DNA of 63,250 nucleotides, filler included, from Octopus bimaculoides (taxonomy: Eukaryota): assembly GCF_001194135.2 (NCBI RefSeq). It is 4 parts of 4 records of this genome, joined end to end, with 100 filler letters (N's around TTAATTAATTAA, not from the genome) between each part and the next. Parts side by side here need not be neighbours in the genome. Positions count along the whole stretch, not along the records: positions 22,918 to 50,293 come from NC_068981.1; 3 more parts are not named here. One strand, given 5' to 3'. Below are positions 25,958 to 39,915 of the stretch, piece by piece. The notes beneath the pieces were generated by a model, which was not told where the DNA came from, searched no databases, and saw nothing but the letters and a program-made list of their open reading frames with translations. Positions within the stretch are counted from its first letter, which is position 1; each line of letters starts with the position of its first letter. The translations under genes were made by a program, and so were the position numbers.

Positions 25958-27671
25958 CCATACCATCATTGTATCGTTGAAAATAAAGTTGGTAACATAG
26001 TCGTATTTAGAACAGCATCAAATGATGCAACGCACACATGAATCGGTGCGCTGTAAAAAAAAAACAAATCTAGCAACCACCGACAGAACCAAATTTTTGA
26101 TGCATGGTAACACAAAGAGGTATCCAAAAGTGAAGAACCATTCTTGCTGTTGCTTATACATGGAAACTTAACAGCTAGAATTCATTTCAAAATTTTAGCC
26201 CACGTCTCACCAGATATGCATACATATCACTCAAACCAAAGTAGCTGCACTACCTAACCTTGGTGAAAATTACTTGAAATATGGTCTAACATGAAAGTCT
26301 GAAGTTGGTTTGTCATCACATCATTCACACAACATTCAATCCATCAGGCAAAGTTTGTCATGTTTCCATATTTTCACTTCTCTATATATATGTTACATGT
26401 CTATCTTCTTTCCATATTGCTCACTGCAAAACTTTCAAATAGCTCAAGCCATGTTATCTATCAGTTCTCTTGTATGCTTTAATTTTCTGCTTTCCCCAGC
26501 GTACAATGTAATGCAATATCTATTGAACATCCATTAAAGGAGGACACACAGGGATACTGAACACTCCTATGTCATATTGCACATGAGAAACAATCATTCA
26601 CGCATATACAAAAACACGCATAGAACCGCTCACATGCGCACGTACACACATACGTAGTCACACATTCGCACTTTTATACATATATATACATACACGCATA
26701 TATATGTATGTGTACATATATATCCACACATACACATACGTATAGACACACATACACATATGCATATCACTAAAGAGAAACAGAGAAAAAGAACGAGAGA
26801 AACATAGATAAAAATATATAGTCTGATTCCCAGAAGGGGGTCACACTTAGAAGTATGTTGTATTATCGGCAATGCGGTCAGCTAGACCTGGAATATTATA
26901 GGTACATGGTTCGAGTCCATTCACTGGGTGCTGTGGCCGTTTCCTGTGTAAAATGGATACGTATACTGACAGATATACGCAGTCATTATAAAGTAATTAC
27001 GCAGTTTTAAATGCTTAGAACTAGTTTTATATATGAAAGAAATATTATGTGATATACACCTTTAGAAGCCTAATGCATCTATTCTATTAGCGTCAATCAA
27101 AAACTGTTTCAGTAGTTTACTAATTGAATTTTTAAAGCATTAATAAATGATTCATTCCTATTTTATGTATGCACGTAAGGTCTTTAATATTAGCTTGGTG
27201 TGGAGGAAGAAGTAGATGATCCAATGCTTCTCTGAAGAAACTTCGACACCGAATAAATTGATACCTGTAATGTTCCGGTTCAACTGTTGCAAGTCGATAC
27301 CTGCACGAAAAACGTGTGCCATGAAGGAGATCTATTTGGCTTATGTTCTGAACAGGAAGGACTGAACAGAGTAGTTAATGTGACGCTTAGTGCGGAGTAA
27401 GCAGTATTGTTGATAAGGATAACATGAGTGGTTCAATTGAGTGAACACAGCACGAGCTCAGCCAACTTCAAGGCTAACAAGATTCTGAAAGAGTGCTAGG
27501 TTAATATTGCCTACCTTGTGAGAAAGAGGATACTTCCAAGCTGTATAGGTCTTGTTTTTTCTTCTTTTTTCGACTGCTGCAACGCAGCTATGAGTCAAAC
27601 GACTAGCGTGGGGGTTTTGGTAAAATTTTCTTTTGTATAGACTTTACTCAATTATTCTTAAGCGACTTCGG

Positions 27672-27900
27672 GTGAAGGCACATGGCTCAGTGGTTAGAGC
27701 GTCAGGCTTACAAACATGAGGTACTGAGTTAGATTCCTGGGCCGGGCTGTGTATTGTGTTCTTAAGCAAGACACTTTATTTTACGTTGCTCCAGTTCACT
27801 CAGTTGTAGAAATAAGTTGTGAAATCACTGGTGCAAAATTGCATCGGCTTCTGTCTTTCCCTCGGACAACATCTAAATGATGCACGCGTATTGCAGAAAC
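27672..27900 (+). mobile_element. SINE family C variant
   Basis: GTGAAGGCACATGGCTCAGTGGTTAGAGC head; gtgttcttaagcaagacactttattttacgttgctccagttcactcag. Confidence 0.8.
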
Positions 27901-30900
27901 AGTATGAAACTGATTAGTTGAGTTCTCATCATTCAGCTGACTTGAAATGCATTTGAATTCGATACGTCGATGTGGTCGTGTCATAAATTGTCAGGATATT
28001 ACAGTAGTCAGATTATCCGATAGCTGCAGGGACAACCATAGCCTGGTAGAGGCTGAGTTTAGAAGCGAGAAAGAGATCAGTTGTGTTTGGCGTTTCTGTG
28101 TGACGTTAGAATGTGCGTATAGAATATAAACTAGTTGTAGATTATTCAGAAATTTAATATTCGATTTCTTCACCGACATCATTAGTATGGAGTGAATGGG
28201 AAAGCTAAGAGAAGTTGTGATCATCTGAACTCACCAAGAACGATTATTTTGGAGACTGGTCAAGTAAAAGAGATATCTTCGTTACATGAAGAGATAGGGT
28301 CGAAGAGTTGTTTGCTGTTGGAAGAGTTCGATGGAGGTGGGGCAACAGCGGTAGTGGGAGTTGGGTCTATGTATGAACAGAAAACATATTTTAAAATGAA
28401 GTTTGTGTAAAGTCTGTAAGGGCTTGTAAAGTCTGTAAGGATTTGTGTTCACGAGAAGAGGATGTAGGATTTGGATGTTAGTAAAAGGTTAAAACTGGAG
28501 GCCTGGATTGGATCGGAGTCCAGAAATGTCTGAAGGAAGAGGGAGAATTAACAAGTGGGTTTCATATTGATTTCTCTCATATTTGGGAAGAGTAAAGTTT
28601 ATAGAATTGTATTAACAATTAATGGCTTACAAGTAGCCGTCAGAACTCCTCGTTGACGGCAAGAAGTTGACAGATTTGTTTTCTGGCTAAGTGATACAAT
28701 GAGTTGCTACATGTAGAAATAAGTTTATGAAATGGTGTTAACAGCTAATGGCTTAAAATTCACCAACAGGTAACAACTTCGGTGGCAGTAAAATGATAAT
28801 TTAGTTCTATTGTTAAAAGATACAGGGCTGTTTCAATATGTAAAGATTATCCCAGAAACATTGATAACTGTCACTCGATGCAAGCAGGTTTGAAAGGTTC
28901 TTGTTCAGAATTCTTCAGTTTATACTTGTTGAAAATGACTTCCTGATCTAAAAGCCCCAACGTAAAATGAACAGGCCAATGGAGTTTTATTTTTCTGTCC
29001 CCCAAACCTGAAAGATATCAGAAGAAACTAAGTAAAGTAACGCTTGATATATTTATCAAGTCTCCTGTACCTCAGGATATCATCTTGTAGAGTGATAGTG
29101 GGTACTTTTAAAAATCAAATTCCCCTAGCATTGAGAGGTAGCTTGATTTCAGCAGTTCCAGGTGGGTGCTTCGGTGAAACCTGAGTGGGTATAAGTTCTT
29201 TTTTTCCCCTTTGAACCCTGCAATTTACGAGAGAAAGGTGAGGGACATATGTGATGCGATTACTGTTGGAATGTCCAACGAGTGTATCCTGGTAAATTGC
29301 AATCTAGAATACCTGCAAATGTTTTTTCCACTTATTCAATGAACGATCTTTATATTTCATTTTTATTTTACAATTGCTCCAGTTTCTTACACAGCCGACT
29401 TCCAGCTTTTCTGACGCAATAAACTGATTTTGTTGACAGCCAACCTTATATTAATAGTGTTATTGCTGCTATTTTTGTAAGAGAATGGTGCCTTTGAGCT
29501 GAAGAATTAAAACTGGTATAGTTTTTGGAATCAGTGTTCCAAATATGCACAAGATTATGTCCAATTTTAAATGCGCCAAAATGTACAGTAGAGGTGGCGT
29601 TTCTAATTTCAGCAAAAGACTTGTCATCAGTATATAAAGTTGTTTGTCTGACACGTTAAGAATCTTCATCTGCTTGGCATAAAAACCGCAAGTATACACA
29701 AGAATAGTTCTAACTTCTAAAGAATGAAACTGGGGGAATGTTATCAGTAAACCGACAAGGAGGTTTATGTGTTCAGTGCAACAAAATTAATCAAAAATAA
29801 GTCTTAGATATAAGTCAGTCAAAATGCGTTGCTCAGTGTAATGCGTTAGTTGAGGTTCTGTTCTGTAGCCAGTGGAGATTGACACTACATTTTGTCCTTC
29901 TTTGGTCAAGAAAATAAAGTTGCGGTTAAGTGTTGGGAAGAAGTTTGCATCCAACTCAGCTCCACGACTTGGACGTTCCGGAGTATCGAGCTGCAGGCAC
30001 AGCAATATACTTACTTTGATACTTTGATAGGTTTCGGCCATGCCTAACTTAATAGCACCAAATGTATTTTATAGCACCATATGTATTTTACGATCACTCA
30101 GAAGGGATAATACTTACAAAGAAGCGAGCATACGAGCAAACAGACGGACTTGTTGAATCTGTGAAACTTTTCTGAGTGAATATCTAATTAAAATTGTTAA
30201 TACAAATATTTATCCCCCATGACATCTGATGCAAGTTTTTTACTTTCGTTTGTATGGTTTTTATACCTATTTATCTATCGATCTATCAAGCTCTGTCTTT
30301 TGCTGTGTATGTGTGTGTTTGTGTTTGTGTCTATATATACACATGAACACAAGCATGCATGCACACACACAACCACGTGCTCATACACACACAAACAACT
30401 CGTCGCTCGCATCATTCACACATCTACCAATCTTCCGAGGGAGATCGAGACAGAATCTTGTTAGAAAGCCTCTAATTGGTCTAGTTGTCGACCTTCTGGA
30501 AATAGCAACCAATTATACAAAGAAAATGCTGAAGCGTACACGATATCATATGATCTGAATATACTCAGTTGGAGAAATAGAAGGGGTTAATCATGGTTGC
30601 AGTACATTTTAGTCATGGATATACACAATTAAGGCTAACCTAAGGCAAAACTACTACTGCAATTACCACCAACACCACCGCCACTACTACTACTACTACA
30701 ACTTCTACTACTACTACTACAACTTCTACTACTACTACTATGTGCTTCAGAAACTTTAAGCTCTAAGACAAGACTTTTACTTATTGTTTCTGTTGTAAAT
30801 ATTGTTTAAGAAGTTGAAACTGTAATTGTTTTATTGTTATTGCTGCTGTTGTTGTTGTTGTAGGTGTTGCTGTTGTTGTTGTCGTCGATACCGATGTTGC

Positions 30901-31046
30901 TTGTCATACGTTGCTAAACGTGAGTATATCGTTGCTGTTTGTTTATGACCACTCTCGCTGTTGTTGTTGCTTCGCCGTTGTAAACCCTTACCCATGCAAA
31001 CATATGCACAAAGACGTTCTAGCCCTGATATCATCCTGTCTTTTTC

Positions 31047-31080
<34 letters not shown>

Positions 31081-31495
31081 TAATATCGAAGGGAAATAGA
31101 AATATTAGAAATTTCTACATCCAGAGGCCTAGCGTGTAAGAATTTAGTCCAAAGACTATATATTATTCATATAAATACAGTGAACATTTAAACACATAAG
31201 ATGTATCCATCATAGGATTACCTCACGCTAAAAAGAACAGCTAATTTCCAAACCACTATTAGGGATAAAATTTCGAAAGGAATGAAAAATAGTTTCCTGG
31301 ACTAATGGTATCTGATTTTATTTTAGCAAATAAAATAATTTGCTAGGTGAAATCTTCATCAGCAGGTACACCAAGATTAAACATATATACACTAGGCAAT
31401 CAATTATACGCCCCATGCTTATACATTCTAATTTTTCAAATTTAACCCGCAAGCGCATCTCCTCGTCGGCACTGTATTTATATGAATAATATATA

Positions 31496-31707
31496 CAGGG
31501 TGTCCACAAAGTCTGGGTACATGGGGATTAACACATACTTTAAGAAATTATTATTTCTCACATGTAATTGTTTATGTTATGATTTTATTTATTCCATGTA
31601 CCCACATGGAGATTAACACATACTTTAAGAAATTATTATTTCTTATATTTAATTGTTTATGTCATGATTTTATTTACTCCATGTAGCCAGACTTTGTGGA
31701 CACCCTG
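31496..31707. mobile_element. Tc1/mariner-type MITE with TA target-site duplication
   Basis: TA|CAGGGTGTCCACAAAGTCTGGGTACATGG ... CCATGTAGCCAGACTTTGTGGACACCCTG|TA: ~29 bp TIRs with one mismatch, and an internal core that is duplicated. Confidence 0.88.
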
Positions 31708-32168
31708 TATATATGNNNNNNNNNNNNNNNNNNNNNNNNNNNNNNNNNNNNNNNNNNNNNNNNNNNNNNNNNNNNNNNNNNNNNNNNNNNNNNNNNNNNN
31801 NNNNNNNNNNNNNNNNNNNNNNNNNNNNNNNNNNNNNNNNNNNNNNNNNNNNNNNNNNNNNNNNNNNNNNNNNNNNNNNNNNNNNNNNNNNNNNNNNNNN
31901 NNNNNNNNNNNNNNNNNNNNNNNNNNNNNNNNNNNNNNNNNNNNNNNNNNNNNNNNNNNNNNNNNNNNNNNNNNNNNNNNNNNNNNNNGATTTTATTTAT
32001 TCCATGTACCCACATGGAGATTAACACATACTTTAAGAAATTATTATTTCTTATATTTAATTGTTTATGTCATGATTTTATTTACTCCATGTAGCCAGAC
32101 TTTGTGGACACCCTGTATATATGTTTACAAAAGCTTGACAGGCATCTTCAGCCAGTTGGTCGTGTTAC

Positions 32169-32211
32169 TTCAGGCTGATGACGAGCAAAAACTCAGAAAC
32201 ATGTCCCTGAA
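32169..32211 (+). ncRNA. Minimal (Penelope-type) hammerhead motif, possibly decayed
   Basis: Stem I TTCAGG/CCTGAA; CTGATGA at 32175; stem II GAG-caaaaa-CTC with a C.A mismatch next to the core; GAAAC; palindromic stem III ACATGT; GTC triplet. Confidence 0.55.
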
Positions 32212-32374
32212 TGCAGACTAGGCTGGGTGGAGGTGCTTGTCTCCCCCTCAACATAAGGACACAGGAAATTTGTCAAGGCCGACAGGAAGCGGTCCAGCTT
32301 CCTAGGGCTAAATAGCAGTAGTATAATAATTCCCTTATTGGGACTGTCACGTGAAGTTGACAGTATACAACTAC

Positions 32375-32431
<57 letters not shown>

Positions 32432-32441
32432 NNNNNNNNNN

Positions 32442-32509
<68 letters not shown>

Positions 32510-33017
32510 CATGCATATATATTCTTTGTATTATATATATATATATACTGCTAAATTATCCACCGCGTTGTGACGTAAGAGAGGGGCTGGTCGTTCTTAT
32601 TTCGAGCAGATCAAGCAACCATTTAGAAGTTCCTTCTCGTTCGTCTGTTGTTTATGATGCAATTCAAGTTGCAACCGTTTGTTTTCTGCTTATTTCGCAG
32701 CTGCCGCCTCTGTTTTCTTTGTTGTTATTAATACTGCAGTTGTTGCTATTTATGCTGCAACTACTGCTGTTGTGCAGTTGCTATTGATTTACCTAGTGGA
32801 CGATGTTGCGATTGAAGTCCTCCCCTTCGTTGCTATTTCTGTTTCGTATGCTGCAGTTATAGTAGTTACTTTTGATACCGATGTTGTTGTTGTTGTTGTT
32901 GATATTAAAGTTGCTTCTGCTAATGTTGTTATTTATGCTGAAGCTGCACCCGTTGGTCTTGAGTTGGTTACTTCTGTTGCTATATTTTCTGTTGTTGTTA
33001 TTGCTGTTAGTGTTGAA

Positions 33018-33234
33018 GCAGCGAGCTGACAGAATCTTTACCACCCCGGACAAAATGCTTAGCGGCATTTCGTCCGTCTTTGCCTACATGAGTTCAAATA
33101 CCGCCGAGGTCGTCTTTGCCCTTCATCCTTTCAGAGTCGACAAAATAAGTACCAGTTGTGCACTGGAGACAATGCAATTGACTTCCCCACCCCTCAAAAC
33201 TACCGGGCTCGTGCCAAAATAAGAAAGGATTATT
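33018..33234 (+). mobile_element. SINE family B
   Basis: Aligns with the 6239 copy and ends agaaaggattatt. Confidence 0.85.
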
Positions 33235-33524
33235 GTTCTAGTGTTGCCATGCTTTTCGTAGATGTCATTGATGCAGTTGTTTTTTTTTGTTCATATCAAT
33301 ATTGCAACTACTGTTGTTATTTGTGATGCAGCTGCAAATGCTGACGGAGTAATTGATGTTTATACAAGCAGTCGTTGCTTATGAAGATGCGTCTTTGTTT
33401 CATATCTGTGGTCTACCTTAGGTGGTAGAAGTAATCGATCGCCCAGTTTTACATCGATCAGCATAAAACACGTTCGGTGCTCTGAGCAGCGCCTTGTCAG
33501 TTTTGGTAACAAATCTGGACTTAC

Positions 33525-33730
33525 TCTTTTACTCTCTTTTACTTGTTTCAGTCATCTGACTGTGGCCATGATGGAGCACTGCCTTTAGTCGAGCAAATCG
33601 ACCCCAGGACTTATTCTTTGTAGGCCTAGTACATAAGGCCTACAAAGAATAAGTAGGCTTTGGTCGACGCGAGGTTATAGTAGAAGACACTTGCCCTAGG
33701 CGTAGGAATGGCTGTTTGGTAAGTAGCTTG
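33525..33730. mobile_element. Rearranged SINE family A copy
   Basis: Tail (-), an internal fold-back, body (-), then head (+). Confidence 0.75.
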
Positions 33731-35254
33731 CAAAATTACTATTTGTAAATCTCACCTCAAGAGATATTCAGCAACAGTACTTTGGAGTAAAGATTGTTCG
33801 CCAAAATAACACATTAATCCTGGTTTAGAACGAATCGCGATACACAGATATTGCTTTGAGCTGAGTGGGGGTCCTAGATTCCCTTTTTCGAAAATATAAG
33901 GACATAGATCGTGTCGTATAGCCAGCTGGAGACGATGTCTCCTTGGGCTAAATAACAGCAACATTCGTCCTAAACCAGGACTGCCATGTTATGATGGCAA
34001 GCAATCTTTACTCCAAATCTGGACTTGTTTCAATCGTTTAAAAACCCATCAGTTATGCATAGTCGATCAGATCGATACCAAACAACAGAATAGCTTTTGT
34101 TTTGCATGTATTGGCGCAGAAGTGGCTGTGTGGTAAGTAGCTGGTTTTCCCAGATTTTTTAAGGATGGCCGAGCACAGGTATCCGGTGATCCTTGAGGGA
34201 CGCCCCCGTCTCACCTGTGTCTGGAGCCTGGCCACATTAAGAACTGTCCCCAGGATCAGAATAAGGTCCTGGAACAGTTAATAAATGTTATCCCCCCACC
34301 ACTCCCTCAATGGAGGGAGAGACGGAGGAAGTCGAGGAGATGGAAACCTCCTCGAAAAAAGGAAAAAGAAGGAAGAAGGTGGACAGCAATGGTTGCCCAC
34401 CGAAAGTTGCGGGGGAGGAGGACCTTCCGGCAAAGGTGGAAGTATAACCTACTTCAGTAGCCCCCAAATAAAAGTAAAAAAAGAAGAATGGGACACGGCC
34501 GGCGCTCGTTAGAGTACCGCCGGCGTGTCCCGACACTCCGTTAGTGGGAATTGTGCCACCAACGAAGGAAAGCCTGTCGGCGGGAATTGTACCACCGACA
34601 GCAGAAGCTGTGGGCTCGCCTTGTGAGAAACAGGAATGGTTAGTCCTGTTCTGCAAGGGAGGAGCTGTACATAAATTTGTTAAAAAGCACACTAGGAAGA
34701 GTCGGTGGGAGGGAATCCTCATCTGTGCTGAGGATCCTGACTGGCCTCCGCAGTTGACTGCGGAGGTCGTGTCGGATAATGACTTATGCGCAGTGGTGAA
34801 TTCCTTCCACATCGGTGAATTCTGGTTTGCAGAGTGGCCTGATCCAGACCCATCATTGTGCTTGAGAGAAGCACTGAAGTTGGTTGGGCGGTAAAATGTA
34901 AGAGGACGAGTGCCTCATATTCAAAGGGCTTGTGGCCCTGAAAAAGAAAAGTGTAAGAGGCAAGTGCCTCAGTTCAAAGACATAATATAACATGAAATTG
35001 TAAAGTAAGAGGTTCATAGCCTCAATTTGTAAATTTATGTATAAATTCATAAAAGAACAATGCTTTAGAGAAGCAGAGTTTGGCGGGCGGCTTCTGTCTC
35101 TCCCATTAATATCATCACGTTCATCATTCATCTCATGTCATCAATGTGTTTGTCCAGCCCGCAGCTACTGCTCTGTGTACTGCCCTCGTAGCAAATTGAA
35201 AGGAAATAAAGTAGCCGGTTACCAACCACGTTGTTCCGAGATCAGTCTCACGGC

Positions 35255-36150
35255 GGCGGCGGTGGTTGAGATGGCGGTTGAGATGGCGGTTGAGGTGGTG
35301 CGCGTGGTGTTGGTGGTGTAGAGGGGCTGGCGGTGTTCGGGTGGATGATGCCGGTTGTGTTGATGGGGTTTAGTAGTAAGCTACAGGCAGTAGCCGTACG
35401 TGTGACGATATTTATGGCGATGATGATGATGATGTTAATGATGACGATGATGGCGATGATGATGGTGATGACGATGATGGTAGTGGTGATAATGATCCTG
35501 AAGGGAGAATATGACGTCGTGATTATTGTGACGTTTGTAGTGGCCGTAGTGACGGTCGTAATGGTGAGGATTATGATGATGGTGGTGGTGCCGGTGGTGG
35601 TGGAGGTAGTGGTTGATGTAGTTGCCGTTTACGTCGTCGAAGTGGATGTAGCAGTCGTCGTAGTGCTACTCCAGAAGATTGGAGTGATGTTTATCGTAGT
35701 GATGGTTGTTGCTGTTGTTGTTGTTGTGGTGGTGGTCGTCGTCGTCGTTGTCGTCGTCGTCGTCGTCGTAGTGGTCGTGGTGGTCGTAGTGGTCATGGTG
35801 GTGGTGGTGGTNNNNNNNNNNNNNNNNNNNNNNNNNNNNNNNNNNNNNNNNNNNNNNNNNNNNNNNNNNNNNNNNNNNNNNNNNNNNNNNNNNNNNNNNN
35901 NNNNNNNNNNNNNNNNNNNNNNNNNNNNNNNNNNNNNNNNNNNNNNNNNNNNNNNNNNNNNNNNNNNNNNNNNNNNNNNNNNNNNNNNNNNNNNNNNNNN
36001 NNNNNNNNNNNNNNNNNNNNNNNNNNNNNNNNNNNNNNNNNNNNNNNNNNNNNNNNNNNNNNNNNNNNNNNNNNNNNNNNNNNNNNNNNNNNNGTAGTAG
36101 CGGTAGTGAAGGCCCGTCGTCGTCGTTGTGCTGAAGCCGTCGCAGCCACA
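35255..36150. repeat. Degenerate GGT/GAT/GTC trinucleotide tract with a gap
   Basis: Directly visible; explains the poly-Val/Met ORF calls. Confidence 0.85.
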
Positions 36151-36307
36151 GCAGTGGTTGTGTGTCGCTGTACTCCGCTGTTGTAGCTATCAAATTCTAT
36201 TACTTACACATCGCTGCTATCAGCTATATACTCTCCACATAGATATTTCCATATCGATAGTTCTCTATTACAGCAGACACCACACGAATCCCCCACAACA
36301 CTTCGAA

Positions 36308-36349
<42 letters not shown>

Positions 36350-36497
36350 ACACACATAAACATAAGCTGTATACGCATACACACACATACACGCAGATAT
36401 ACATAGATATAGGTACATATTTATATTCGTCTAAACGCACAAACACGCGCAAGTAAATGCTAACATACACATTCACACACACATACACACACTTATA

Positions 36498-36579
<82 letters not shown>

Positions 36580-36619
36580 TGTGTGTGTGTGNNNNNNNNN
36601 NTGTGAGAGAGAGAGAGAG

Positions 36620-36651
<32 letters not shown>

Positions 36652-37507
36652 TGTGTGTGTGTGTGTATGTGTGTATATGTGAGTGCATTGAAGTTCACAT
36701 ACATCCACACATATACATTTACAAATATGAAAATCATGTTGATGCGCGCACACACTTACGTACCCATACACACGCACAAACACACACGCACAGACACAAA
36801 CACACACACACACAATGCCCCTCCCTTTCTCCCTTCTATCTTCCTTCTCTATGTCTCCCATTCTCTCTCTCTCTCTCTCTCTCTTCCTCTCTCTCCCACT
36901 ATCTCTCCCTCTCTCCCCTCTCTCTCTATGCCTCTGTGTTTCCCTCTCACACACATGCGCGTTACGCGTGCGCGCTCACCCAGACACACTCATAGGCACA
37001 CTTTCTCAATTTCTCTTCTCTCTGTCTCTTTCTCTACTTCCTCACACGCACGCGCACTAACACACAAACACAGACACACACACACACAAACACACACATA
37101 CACACACATAGACACACACACATAAACACTCACATATACTCACACATACACACACTAAGCAGCACCACGAGCAAAGCTGAATCTACCATCCTCAACAGCG
37201 CCAGCGCGCCTATAAATGGTCGATTCAACTGCAAGAAATAGCAGCCACTCTTTCCTCAATCACATTCTGCTGAAGCTTTTAGAAAACATAGACTTGATGG
37301 TCATGGCTGGAACGTAGTTAATCATAGTTCTGTTTAACCAGGAAGCTTCGTAATGAAAATTACTATACCACCACTACAACCGTACATAAAACAAGTAACG
37401 CTACAGCTATATCTTCCCTGCCAACACCACCCCTACTATCACCCATACCGTGACTATACCACCACTACGAAGATACTACCAAAACAAACATCATTAGCAA
37501 CTAGCTG

Positions 37508-37826
37508 ACACTCCGTCGGTTACGACGATGAGTCTTTCAGTTGATCCGATCAACGGAACAGCCTGCTTGTGAAATTAACGTGCAAGTGGCTGAGTACTCC
37601 GCAGACACGCGTACCCTTAACGTAGTTCTCGGGGAGATTCAGCGTGACACAGAGTATGACAAGGCTGGCCCCTTTGAAAAACAGGGTCTGCTAATTTTTG
37701 CCAGATGAGTGAGCTAGAACAACCTGAAATAAAGTGTCTTGCTCAAGAACACAACATTCTCCCGTGTATTGAACTCACGATTTTACGATTGTGAGTCGAA
37801 TTCCCTAACCACTAGGCCACGCGCCT
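37508..37826 (-). mobile_element. SINE family C
   Basis: Aligns with 15985-16300. Confidence 0.9.
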
Positions 37827-39265
37827 TAATACACACACACACACACCATTATTACCAACATCAACACTAGTACTACCATCACCACTACCAACACCTCCAC
37901 TGCAACCACCACAAGTATCATTACAGTACATCTGCCAATACATCAGCATCATCACCACTAACTCTGCCGACACCACCACTACGACCACCACTGCAACATC
38001 ATCACCAAATTCCTCTAGCTCTAAAGCTTCTAAGATTAGAGTGGAATCGGCAGGATTTAGCAAAGTTGTGATTGGGATATTCATTAGTAGGGTGTTAAAG
38101 AAATCAGACGACTTGGATGAGAAGAGTATCTTGGCAAAAATATCATTGAGGCATTTTTTTTCGGTGCATAGCAGGAAGGTACTTTGTTAGTGCAAATGGG
38201 TGTTTTTAAATTGGAAAGAAGGAAATCCGTTGAATGAGATCGAATGCCAAGATATAATATAGCAACAAAGCCATATTTCGCACCAGCAACTAGAATTTAT
38301 GCAGACGGGTATATTCCGTGGGGGTGTTGTAGCCGGAGTTTGTGGTGGACTTTAAGGCCTTCCTCGATAGTTTCCGTGGTTCACAGCAGAGGATGTGAAG
38401 TTGCGATCGAAACAGTTAGGGTGCAGTTGTCAGTAAGTTTATCGGTTCTGGCCAGCCGAACAGCAAGTGTGGTGGGGAAGAACAAGAGTCCGTCAAAGAC
38501 ATTTGTGGAGTTACGGCATCAAAGATTGGATTGGAAATATGAGTCTGGTTGATTGAATGCATGCTGCACAACACAGGGAGTTGAAGAACCTTGGCAAGCC
38601 AACCCCTGGACAGAGGGAAGACACCTGGCTAATGATGATGATGCTAGACTCATTCATCAAGCTCTTGGCAGACATCTACTGCAACTGGTAGGAGAAAGGG
38701 AAAACATTTCTAGTTCTACGAACCTCAAAGTAATTGCACATCTAAAAAGTGAACATATGGGAAAGCATGGACAATTTCTGATTCATAACTTTTCTAAATT
38801 AAGAGTTTAAGCCTTAGCTCAAAAGTTTGGCATTTTTCTTCAGTAGTATGATCAGAAAAAGAAAAGAGCAGTGTTATCCGATCCGTTGTAGATCTTATCC
38901 ATAACATCTTATATCTCATGTTATTATTAGTCGCGGAGAGGTTTGATCACAACGCTAACTTTGGTGGAACTTTGATGAATTTGAGTCATCGAGCAGCTAT
39001 ATGTCGATCATTGCTACTTCTCAGCAAGCGAAAATGCAGTTGGTTTTGGTTTCGTTTCCAGAGAATGGATTGACTTAAGCACTGACATTTGCTTAATGGT
39101 CACAATAGATAACCACCTACTGGAACCATTTCAAATCACGAACTCAGATCATCAAGTGTATCTCATCTCTTGGTGTTATTATTTTTCTCTTTCAAGTGGG
39201 CAGAATCTGAAATGAAGAAGCATGACTCTGCATAAGCTTTACGTGATGAAATAATGAGTCGTTTT

Positions 39266-39338
39266 TCAGATGCTACATGAGTCAAGACGTTTGTCAGATG
39301 CTACATGAGTTGAGACGCTTGTCAGATACTACAAGAGC
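39266..39338. repeat. 28-bp minisatellite, about 2.6 copies
   Basis: TCAGATGCTACATGAGTCAAGACGTTTG-like units start at 39266, 39294 and 39322. Confidence 0.9.
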
Positions 39339-39711
39339 CTAAAAAAACTTTCTTAAGAATTCACTGACGTAATTGCAATAGCAGAGACGAACAATAAAAT
39401 TCCATTTTTGATAACGACCTTCTGGCACCTTCCTTTAATCTTAAGGCAGAGAGGTCTGACTTCTCTTAATACAGTGCTTAGTCTTTAATAAAATCGTTCA
39501 AAAGATCTTACGTAACCTTGGCTCCAAATCTTTTTCTAGAATACATTTAGGATTTTTAGAAGTCCTACTGTTTGACCAATCGCACGTTTACCACCCACCA
39601 TTTAACTTTTAATCAGAGATGACGCTAAATCCTGAAATTTTTTTAATCGTATTAGCAATAATTTATTTCAGGCATTTAGATCTATGATAAATACAGAATA
39701 TATTAAGGAGA

Positions 39712-39915
39712 CCAACCGGCAGAATTGTTAGCATGTTTGGCAAAATGCTTAGTGGCTTACCGTCTGTCTTTGTTGTTCTGAGTTCAAATTTTGCCCATGT
39801 CGACTTTGCCTTTCATCCTTCTGGGATCTATAAAATAAGTACCAGTTGAGTACCGGGGTAGATGTCATTTTTTGACCCTGTTACAATTTTTGACCTTTTT
39901 ACAAAATGTGAAATC
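39712..39915 (+). mobile_element. SINE family B
   Basis: Aligns with the 6239 copy; more diverged. Confidence 0.8.

Noticed and set aside
31990-32120. Apparent second MITE end after the gap
   Set aside because: It is identical to ~31582-31715 including the flank, so most likely overlapping contig ends rather than a real duplication.
37990-38084. Minus-strand LILEALEL, similar to a Penelope GIY-YIG C-terminus
   Set aside because: Too short to support a call.
39266-39338. 28-bp repeats as a CRISPR-like array
   Set aside because: Head-to-tail units with no spacers, in a eukaryotic context.
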